DNA of 63,879 nucleotides from Schmidtea polychroa (lineage: Eukaryota): contig CM097885.1 of assembly GCA_044892525.1 (NCBI GenBank), forward strand, positions 149,234,001-149,297,879. The letters are read 5' to 3'. A model generated the notes under the pieces. It was not told the DNA's origin. It made no database searches and was given only the letters and a program-made list of their open reading frames with translations. Both the position numbers and the translations under genes were made by a program. Shown in pieces: positions 26,681-36,260 of this stretch (positions are counted from its first letter, which is position 1; every line of letters begins with the position of its first letter).

Positions 26681-28153
26681 GCTTACTTTTTATGTTAGAA
26701 CGTTTTTATAAAAAAATTCCATACAAAAAGCCCTGATCGACTTAAATTCAACTTTTGTTTTTATGGAATCAGAATTAAAATTGATATCATCAACATTGGA
26801 TAATTTATTGCTCGTGAAATTGGCTGTAGAGGCTTTATGTAGAAGACATGTAAATCTTCTGTCAGCTGATACCATACTAGCATTTATGCTGCACAATCTG
26901 GGTACAACACCATTGTGTAACAATATGAAGACCTTCTTAATTCGAAGAAAAAAGAAAGACGCTCAAACTTATCTAATCTAATACAATATCTTCATAAAGG
27001 AGATCAAACTCAAAAGATTTTGGTTCTGTGTGAAAGTTTAACTAAAAAAGATTTAGTAAATTTAATTGTGAATCTTATACAGAGGCTTCCATCAACCCCA
27101 GCTGAAACCAAACCATCAGCTTCTGAATCTGAAACAGCTGTTGACGAAGATGTCATAAATTATAAGGGGTAACCTATGAATTTAACATTACAAGAAAAGC
27201 TGGATATGGCCATAAACAATGAATTAAAAATTAAAAGTGTGTTATAAACAAATCGAAATGTTAACGACTTGACCAAAATTATCAGCAAAGAAATCGAAAT
27301 ATTTGAGGAAGACGGCACGCGTGGTATTAACCTGAAATTGGTTTAGGATTATATTTTAACTATTCCCCAACAAGCGTGGAAGCTGAACGGGCTTTCTCTT
27401 CTTCAGGGATGTTATGTACCAAAATTCGTTCTTCTTTAAATGACGAAACTTTAAATAATCCATGCTTTTTGAGGTCATATTTTAATAATAAATAACTCTT
27501 TATTTCTATGTCTATCTGTTTTAAATAAATCGATTTTAACCAGTTTGTTACTTTAGACGATAAAAGTTTTTGAACTTTTTATTTATCCTTTTGTATTTCG
27601 ATTTGTGCTTTTTCCCAATTTTGAATACCGATACCGGTATTAATACCGGTATACCGGTTTCTATGGAATATAATACCGAAATACCAGTATTCAAATTTTT
27701 GTCCGGTATTGGAAGCCCTAATCCCAACATATGTATGATACCGTGAAAGTTGTGAAGTGTTAGTTGAAGGAAAATGACTAATGAGAGAAAAGGATCCAAA
27801 AACAAATTGTATCCTTAGAAACTCTGAACTAAACAACTGTTCTATCGAATATATAGTAGTGATAATCTTTCATCGATGAACGTATATTATTTATTAATAT
27901 CCGATAATTGAATTATTAAGTACGAATTATTGAGCCTTTCATTTCAATTCTTCTTAATGCTTCTAACAAAATAAATCGGTTTAATATGTTTCACAAAAAT
28001 TTAATATCATTTATTGTTAAATTTAATAAATAAATATTTTCGAAGTATTAACTTATTATTTAAAATATTAGAGTACTATAATGTTTATTTAGACATGTGT
28101 TTAAATATTGCTTCTATCAATTGATATATATTTAAAATATAATATTTTCCTTA

Positions 28154-28896
28154 ATGAAATATTTTACATTTTTATTTTTATGTATCGCAACAGCTCAGGC
28201 CAATAGTGAGTTTTCTTGTTTTATTTATAAATTTCTAGCTGTTTTTAAACTTTTTGTTCTTTAAGTGTTGGTAAAATGGTGTTATCGCTGCCAAAGTGCT
28301 CAAAGTGGTTGTGGTGGAAAAATTGATATTCGAATCAAACATTGGATGTATTGCTTGAATACCATTGCAGCAAAAAATATGTGTGTTAAAGTAATTGAGA
28401 GCATTGCAGGTATTATAATGTGAAATATGCTACAAGATATAATTTTTACAAGTGATTAGAATTAATTTTAATTATTACTAAAACCGGTTTAATAATTGAA
28501 TTTTTTAATTTCTCAATTATAAAATATTTCATAGTTTATTAACTAATCTAAATTTTGATATTCGTTTCCTTCCTTAGCTCTCAGGTTTTATTTTATTAAA
28601 CTATCGCTTATTCAGGACAGGAATATATCACTCGAGGTTGTCTAGATGATCTAGTTCGAGATACTAGGCATCGATTCGATATGCCTAATGTAATTCGACA
28701 TGGATATTGTGAGCAAAGTAAAAGTACCATTGCTATGAAACAATCAGGATACACAGGACAAGATAATAAAGTTTACTGCTTTTGCAATGATTTTGATGGA
28801 TGCAATTCAAGCGATCGTCTGTTGAGTATTTCCAGTAACATTTTATTTCTCTTATTCATTGTTGTAGCAGCTATTTTGGCAAATTATGATTTCTAA
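28154..28896 (+). CDS. Ly6/uPAR (LU, three-finger) quiver/CD59-like protein, 158 aa, signal peptide and GPI-type tail; exons 28154-28205, 28266-28409, 28616-28896
   Basis: GT-AG splicing gives MKYFTFLFLCIATAQANMLVKWCYRCQSAQSGC..YC..MCVKVIE..YITRGCL..GYC..VYCFCNDFDGCN-SS..ILFLLFIVVAAILANYDF. It has 10 Cys, a terminal C.C...GCN motif and a hydrophobic C-terminus. Confidence 0.9.
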
Positions 28897-29281
28897 TTTT
28901 TGTAAATTAAATTTATCTTGACCTCCCTTTGTATTCTGCTTGGTTTACATAAGATTTCAGTTAGTGTTGTGATTATATATTTATATATCAATAAACATTT
29001 TTTCTTGGTTTTTATTGGAAACTTGATAGGATGACTGATATTACTTGCTCATTCTCACATTTCACTGTTGATTACCATGAATCCGAGATTTGCAATTCAC
29101 TTTCCATATTTCCCTTCTCATCATTTCCTCAGAAACAGGCATCCGTTAATTGTTAAATATACAAGTCAACAAATGATAAAGAAGACAAAATGATTTGATT
29201 GATAAAAAATGGAATAATTTGTTAAGAGGCTCTTACTAAAGAACTTGCGCCAAGAATGAATAGTCGTGTGTGTGTGTGTGT

Positions 29282-30800
29282 GTGTTGAGGACTCATTTTA
29301 TAGATAGCGCCTAAATATAATTTATTTATTTGACTCGTGTAAGAATGAATTCTTTCTGGGAACTGCTGATTCCCATAATCTCAGGTACTCGACAACCAAA
29401 AAAGGGCTGACTATCTGGATATAAGAACATTTACCTTGCATGTAGTTGTCTTCATTTACCTGAAAACACAATCACATAAAGAGACACAAACACTTACATG
29501 CTAACGAACGGATGAATCACCATAAGCAGTAAAACTTGCATGAATGGTTGTTCTGGAGCTGATTTTCCGACCAAGTAGGCAAATATTGTATTCTGTTTCT
29601 GTTCAGCTAGCACACGCGTGCTCAACTTCAATAAGACTACGAGCTACTTTTCAGCTTCTTAACAAATAGCGATCGACTTTACGTTTTTAGATTACGTTTA
29701 TAATACAGTTTCTGATTTTAACTTGAACCTTCTAGATGTGTTGAATTTTATGAGATACATTTCTTGTTCCTCTGTTTCAACCTTTAGTTCGTTTGGTATG
29801 CAAATTTGGCTGGGGTATTTCCTTATTGTTATTTCTTCGTCATCTGCATATATTTTATTCTGTATTGCTTTGTAAAATGCTGAGTGGTGTTTGTATGTAA
29901 TGCATGTGTATGGACTTAATTGTGATGTTGTCTTGGGAGAACTTGATGTATTTGGTTGCTGCATTGATTTTTCTGTTGGTTGACTGGTTGATAGCTATAA
30001 TGATTTAAAAGAAAAATAAATTATAAACGTTATATTAATGTAACCATAGGGCCTACCCTGAGATGCAATATAATATATTATTAGATATGGGTAATTTTTA
30101 AAAATTATTGGACACATATATAGTAATTTGTGTTGAAATTTTATTCGATAAATGTATTTTCTCAATATAATTTGGTAAAGGGCTAAGTGGATAGTGTGTA
30201 TCTTCCTGGTACATATCTAATAAGATGACTCTGATAACGCTGTCTCTTTCACATATTTTCTATGTTTGGGTACATCCTTATTGTTATTATACTGAATATT
30301 ATTATATAAAAGAGCCATCTTTCGTGTAAAGGTTTTTGTTGAGGGTAATAGAGATTCTAATATTCTTCCCAGTTGTTATTTCGGGTTTGTTTAGTGGTAT
30401 TTTGTGGACATTTGGTATTTGAGCTGGTCGTACTTTTCGAGATGTGTTTGTTATTAGATTTTGTTTTTACTCTTTCGCATTAAGTCTCCTTTGTGGGTTT
30501 TAACAGTCGTGTGCTATCATGCCCGTACATCTTTTTATCATACCAACAATATTGCCATCAATATTATTAGAGACATTAACGATTCGTGGTCATTTTTCCT
30601 GATTTTTTTCATTGTTTTATTTATATTATTCTTCAGTTTCCTTTCAATTTCTCTGTCATCAGTATATTGTTTTTCTGTGTTAGCTTCTATCGAAATATTT
30701 TCATTACATAAAATTTTCCAACCTCAATTTGTATGTATCCAAGGTATCGCATTATTTTGTAATTTAATAAGTATATTTTCGGCTATTTATTTTGGCTATT
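29282..30800 (-). mobile_element. Possible decayed LTR-element 3' end: ~380-bp LTR (29282-29664) plus upstream ORF relics
   Basis: Minus-strand TGTTAAG..CCTCAACA abuts a (GT)n tract. ORF 29698-29964 and a stop-interrupted frame at ~30480-30780 ending SLMSLIILMAILLV lie upstream. No diagnostic motif. Confidence 0.3.
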
Positions 30801-31459
30801 TTTCTGTACTAGTAAAACCTTGAACTTTAAATAATTTTTCATTATATAATGTTAGGTAAGTAAAGTAGATAGTTAGTAGCCCCTGGCAACACGACCATTT
30901 GGTGCCACCCCGCCCCTAGAACTTTTTTTTAATTGCTGTTGGGGGCTACACTATATTTTTTCATTTCCACACTATAGTGAGGTCTCTTTAGACCAAAGGA
31001 TTTTTTCGCACACGAAAAATCCGCTCACTAAAAAAGCCACTGCTCCAGAAAACTACAGTATATTTTTCGCACCATAACCGGGTCTCTGGATTTTCGTATA
31101 CAAGATCCGACTTTCGTTAAAAACGCCAAGGTATTTTAAAGTCCCAAGAAATTTTGTATACAAAATCCGACTGTAACTAAAAACCCAAGGTATTTTTAAA
31201 GTCTATAATTTTTTGTACATGGAATCCGACATTGTCACACAACTTACAACTCAGGTACGTTTTCGGAATTATTTATTTCATCAAATAACTACTTATAAAA
31301 CCTTGTGGGACTACCTACCCCTTTTGTATTCATTTATTTAAAAAGAATAAAGTTATTTTTAATCGTTTCTAAATCATTTTTATATCAAATTTTTTTTAAT
31401 CGTTTTTAAATCATTTTTAAATCAAATTTTTTAAAATCATTTTTATATCAAATCTTTGT

Positions 31460-32246
31460 ATTCCATTTAGTTTTAGTTAATTTTTTTGTTCTTTTTAATT
31501 TTTTTAATTTTCATTTAGTTTTTAAGTTTTGAATAATAATTTTTATTGAGTTAAATTGTTATGCTTATTGATTATGAATGATAGTTACCGTGGATTTCAG
31601 ATCCAGCATACCATGGGTTGCTCAGACTGGTGGGTATGCTAGTTTTTCAATCACGCAACTGATTTGGGCCGTAATGCGGAAGTTTCTCCACAGGTCCGTC
31701 GCTGTAAGTAACAAGTAAAACATAGGTTAAAACTAAAAATACAACCAGATCCCTGTCAAATGTTTTGAAGAATAATTTGAATATTATGGAAATTATGAAG
31801 CAACATTTATTAACTTAGAAATAAAGGCGGATCCTTGCTCAAATCTTTTTGAAGGATAAGGTAAATATTCACAAATATTACAGAAAACACAGAGCAACAT
31901 CTATCAACAGAAAAATAAAGAGGAATCCCTGCGCAAAACCCTTGAAGATAACATTAGAAAACATCCAGAAATGAAGATATGACGATAATCTAACACAAGA
32001 ATAGATAATGATTAATGACATAAGACCTTTTATCGGCAGTCCAGAACCTGAAAATGAAAATAGCATGAGAAGTTTGTTTTAGTAATAGAACTCACCTGCT
32101 CATGGATTTGTGTACAGTACTAATATGGTCGTCGCCATGGGTACACAGATGGTATAAGCACAATAGTCATGAAGGCGTTTAGGAAGAAGTCGATTCAACT
32201 AACCTTAACACCTTTAAAAATAAAATGACACACATAAGCGCCAAAA
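31460..32246 (+). mobile_element. Older diverged LTR (3' portion) of the same family as the 21-kb element
   Basis: Colinear with 33285-34075: CTCAGACTGGTGGGTATGCT, three GATCCCTGCTCAAA-like repeats, TAAGACCTT.TATCGGCAGTC and CTCACCTGCTCAT. Ends CCAAAA instead of CCAACA. Confidence 0.88.
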
Positions 32247-33069
32247 ATAATCAAATCCAAGTTTTGCCGTGGATCGATGCCAATGACGGATGACACACAC
32301 TAGTAGAACTTGTCCAGAACGCTCAAGAATTAGAGCAAACCAAAGAAAAATTAAAAGAATATATGCAACTAACCATGGGAGTTGTTATAATATATAATGT
32401 GTTAAAGTTAATGTTGTTGTTTCTAAATATTATACTTTAAATAAATAATGTTTTTAAAATATAGACTCAGACTAAAATTTATTAGCACATTCATAATTTC
32501 CTCATTTTATAACATTTTCAACGACATGATCTTGTTGGGCTGAAGCCGAGAACTGAGAGTTTGTTTTAATCGATCGAAAATACCTAACACAAAAACCGCA
32601 AAGTTGAAAAATTTATGACCAAGGTTTAATTTAAAATAAATGAAATAAATTACATCACATATTAAGAACCAATAAACCCCGTATAATAGAATAAGAGATA
32701 AATAAATTTAACAAAAAATTCAACACTTAAAAATTTAAATAGAAAAATAATAAAATATAAAATAGAATTAGTTGAAAATTATTTAAACAATATAAAAATT
32801 AAATCGTCAAAAATAATAAAATTAGTTAGCATTATATAAATTGTAAAGTTTATAGAATTAAATGGTTATTTAACTTATTAAATTTAAAGAATAAAAATGT
32901 TTAAATTAATAAAAATTAATATAACTCAAATTATTTAAATTATAAAATTTATAAAATTAAAATTAATAAAAATTAAATAAGAAATTAATTAAATTTATTG
33001 AATTAAAACAAATAAACAATTGCACACACTCATGCAGGTATGCAAGACTAATTAAAAATTTCTCGCACT

Positions 33070-33121
33070 CTGATTGGATAGAGTGGCAGCAAATGCATGA
33101 AAAATCAGTATAAATACTGAT
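33070..33121 (+). promoter_or_regulatory. LTR promoter: inverted CCAAT box and TATA box
   Basis: CTGATTGG at 33070-33077, TATAAATA at 33109-33116, Inr-like TCATTT at ~33130, AATAAA at ~33272 (implies short R and long U5). Same elements at +19,705 in the 3' LTR. Confidence 0.7.
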
Positions 33122-33829
33122 CACAAATTCATTTAAGACTACTTTTTCTCTAACATCAAAATTTAGTTGTAGCCAGTGAAGCTCTCAGTTTTCGATTTTA
33201 TGCCCACGTGGATTTGGTAATTTATTTTTTATTGTTGTAGTAATTTTATGAGATGATTAAATTTAATATGCAATAAAATTTTTAGTTAAATTTTCTTTTG
33301 TTATTTTCTTTTAATTGTTTAATTTCATTTAGTTGCAGATATTAAATAATAATTTTTATTGTGTTCAATTTTTATACTAACTGATTACGAACGTTAGTAC
33401 CGCTGAATTGAGATTCAGCATATCATGGTTTGAGGTACCTTCGGGATGCTCAGACTGGTGGGTATGCTGGTTTTTCAATCGCGCAGCTGGATTGGGCCGG
33501 AATGTGGGGGCTTCCTCACGGGTCCTATCGCTGGAAGTACTGTGGTCAAATGTAGGTTAGGACTGAGAATACAGGCAGATCCCTGCTCAAATTTTTTGAA
33601 GTATAACGTAAATATTATGGGAAGCGTGGATTAACTTGAAAATAAGGGCCAATCCCTGCTCAAATTTTTCAAAGGATAATTTAGATATTGTAGGAAGTGT
33701 AGAACAATAATTATTAGCTGGAAAATAAGGGCGGATCCCTGCACAAAATTTTATAAGAGAACAATTAGAAATACCCGTAATTGAGGACCAACAACGATTC
33801 AAAAATAGCATACACAGTGAATAATGACG

Positions 33830-33999
33830 TAAGACCTTCTATCGGCAGTCTAGAACCCGAAAAGAAAATACAATGGGGAGTAGTTTTAGTAATAGAGCTC
33901 ACCTGCTCATTGTTTTTTTCGCCTTTGTGTACAGTACCAACATGGTCGTCACCATGGGTACACAAATGGTTTAAATTTTAATAGTCATGGAGGTGCTTA
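33830..33999 (+). ncRNA. Putative conserved structured RNA domain in U5 (pseudoknot plus two branched hairpins); copies at 53535-53704, 32021-32181, 58605-58774
   Basis: Stems supported by compensatory changes among three diverged versions (detailed in findings). Function unknown. Confidence 0.6.
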
Positions 34000-34082
34000 G
34001 GAAAGAGTCGAACGATTATGATTACCCCTAACGCATTTTAAAATCTAAAAATGATACACCCCTAAGTAACCAACATGATTTT

Positions 34083-34100
34083 TGGGGGCTCAGCCGGGAT
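34083..34100 (+). promoter_or_regulatory. Primer-binding site, tRNA-Pro type
   Basis: TGGGGGCTCAGCCGGGAT, 7 nt after the LTR; 16/18 match to the standard tRNA-Pro complement TGGGGGCTCGTCCGGGAT. Confidence 0.85.
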
Positions 34101-36260
34101 CTAGGTTTATAAATTGTTTTTGGCAGAAAAGCATTAATAAATAATAAATTTTCAAACTCAAAAATGGCAATTATTCGGAAAATTCAACTTCAACATCAAA
34201 ATGAGAAATTGTGCTAAAAGGAAAATATTAAATTAAGAAAATTAGAAATTAAAATTAATTAAAGAAAAAACTGTTTTAGAAATAAAATTTAAATATGGTA
34301 AACGGAAAATTAGTTAGAACGAAAATTGGGAAACTTAAGTTAGGAATTATGCTAGAAATAAAATTAATTTAGGCAAAAGAACCAAACGAACACATAAAAT
34401 TAAAATGAATAAAAATAAAAATTATTTTTGTTTCGGGAAATAGAATTGCTTGGATTAGAAAAATTTTCTAATTAACAACTACAAAAAATAAAATTTTGGA
34501 AAAATTTAGGTTAATAAATAAAAAACAGGATCGGAAAAACCACGACCAAATAATCATAATAAATTCGTAATGATAAAGTCGAAATTTGATGCTGCCGAAA
34601 AACCATGCTCAAATAACAATAGGAAAATTATAATTTAAAATTTATAAAAATAAGTTAATCCAAAAAAAAAATTAATTGGGGTAAAAGGGAATCAAAAGTA
34701 AAAATTATTTTAGTAAGGAATTAAATAGGTTGGAATAAAATTTAATTTAACTATAAAAATAGAAATTTAAAAATAAAAATTAACTTAAATAAAATCACAA
34801 AAAGTAATATAAGCATCAAAAGACAAAACTAAATTCGAAAAAATTTATTTAAAAACAAATAGGTAAAATATATAGAACTTACCTGTCAACGAAACAATCC
34901 AAAATAAATCAAGAGCATGGTATGAAATTTCATAAAAGCACCTAATAACAAATTCTAAAATACTTAGTTAATTAAAAAATTGAAATTGAAAAATAGGTAG
35001 AATATATTTACCTTATAGCGAAAATAATCTGAGAATAAAATATGATCAATTTCCTAGAAATTCACAAGAATCTGGAATATAAGGATGATGATTGCGAATA
35101 AAATTTAAAACCATGAATAAATTTTTACTCAAAAGTTAGCAAATCTTACCTAAAAAATCCATAAAATGAAACCAAAAAATTCTGGTAGAATAATCGATAA
35201 AAGAAAAAATATAGCAACCAGAACACTTGAATAATTACCAACACAATGTTATTAAGTAGTTGCCTGAGAATTGTGTGCATGATGATTTGTTTTGAAGTGT
35301 TGACAGGGAAGTGTTTTTTGAAGTGTTTGAAGTGTTTCTGGTTTCAACTCGCGTGTGTGAGTCAGATTGGCCTTGTGACGGATAAATGCAGTTGGATTGA
35401 TTGTGAAGTGTCTGAAATCGGTGTAGGCGTGTTTATGGTTCCGGAACAACTATAAAAATTAATTGTAACTACGCTTCCAGTGATAGCTTGTGGGTATTTA
35501 GCGACTGGTGTGGTGGTACATAGTCAATGAATTTTGCTCAGTGCTTTTAAGTCTACCGCTGGCATTGTTGAATGATGTAAAATCCAGATTAAAAACTGAA
35601 AATATTTGCCGACAACACCAGCTGTCCGTTGTCGGCTTGAGGTAATATCTGAAAAATGTGTATGTGTGTGTAGTAATAAAATATTCCGGATTTTACCACT
35701 CAAGCTCTACAACAGTCTAGATTGAATACATTGTATAGTATGCGTGCCGGCGGCATGGCATGGCATGTGTGCAGGTATTGATTTTCTACGTGCATGAAAA
35801 GCGGCCAATCAGAAACGAGGTGTGTAACAATTATTCATTTCTTGATTTTAGATTTCATTTCTTGTAGATTTGGATTTTTGCTGTAGTGTTCAGATGAAGT
35901 TGAAATTTTATGAGATTTATAAAACGAAAATGGAATTTGTTTGTATTGAAGTTAACATGTCTATCAATTGGAATAATGATTCGAATATTTACTTTTGAAA
36001 ATGATGCTGGAAATTTGATTAGTTCTTCGATTCATTGTAATTTCTCTCGGTTTGTTTCGTTGTTTTTGTCGATGTTGAATAAAACTTTGAGCGACTATCA
36101 AATCTTACATGCAAAACCATCAATGAATATCCATTTGAATTCTTCCCACATCAAATCCATCAATGCGTGGATAGTCAGTTTATTTTTCTGATATTCTGGA
36201 TTTAGGTATAGTTAGTGAAGGTATATAATCTGGGTAAGGTACTCATTTCCCCAAAGCACA

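Larger units (their letters stand above)
21483..27720 (+). mobile_element. hAT transposon (pseudogenised) containing nested Tc1 and MULE
   Basis: 18-bp TIR TAGGGCTTCCAATACCGG / CCGGTATTGGAAGCCCTA; TSD ATTTCAAC / ATCCCAAC (6/8). Transposase pieces: BED finger (23225), SLTFEEWNS and ITKDGAS (23644), CLTHGIQLAV (23847), DNKTK*NSLL..MLERF split by the MULE, and TSVEAERAFSSSG..KIRSSLNDETL (~27370-27480). Confidence 0.92.
20103..27729 (+). mobile_element. Probable solo LTR (20103-21482 + 27721-27729) split by a hAT insertion
   Basis: Starts TGTTGGGCT..CGATCGA like the LTR at 32533, with an A-rich U3 and CTATTTAAA at ~20564. CCCAACA is completed just beyond the hAT right end. An LTR TSD was not recovered. 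Confidence 0.45.
32533..34075 (+). repeat. 5' LTR
   Basis: TGTTGGGCTG..GTAACCAACA; no difference from the 3' LTR found by eye. Confidence 0.96.

Noticed and set aside
31085-31455. ~57-bp and ~35-bp imperfect tandem repeats before the old LTR
   Set aside because: Only 3-4 decayed copies, consistent with ordinary TE subterminal or slippage repeats.
33376-33398. Hammerhead-like CTGATTA-C-GAAC in the LTR
   Set aside because: No stem II or stem III; it is a simple hairpin loop.
33830-33999. Group I intron or HDV assignment of the U5 structure
   Set aside because: AAGACC/TAGTC only loosely recall P7, there are no P3-P6 equivalents, and no HDV P1 or catalytic-C joiner was found. Left as unassigned structure.
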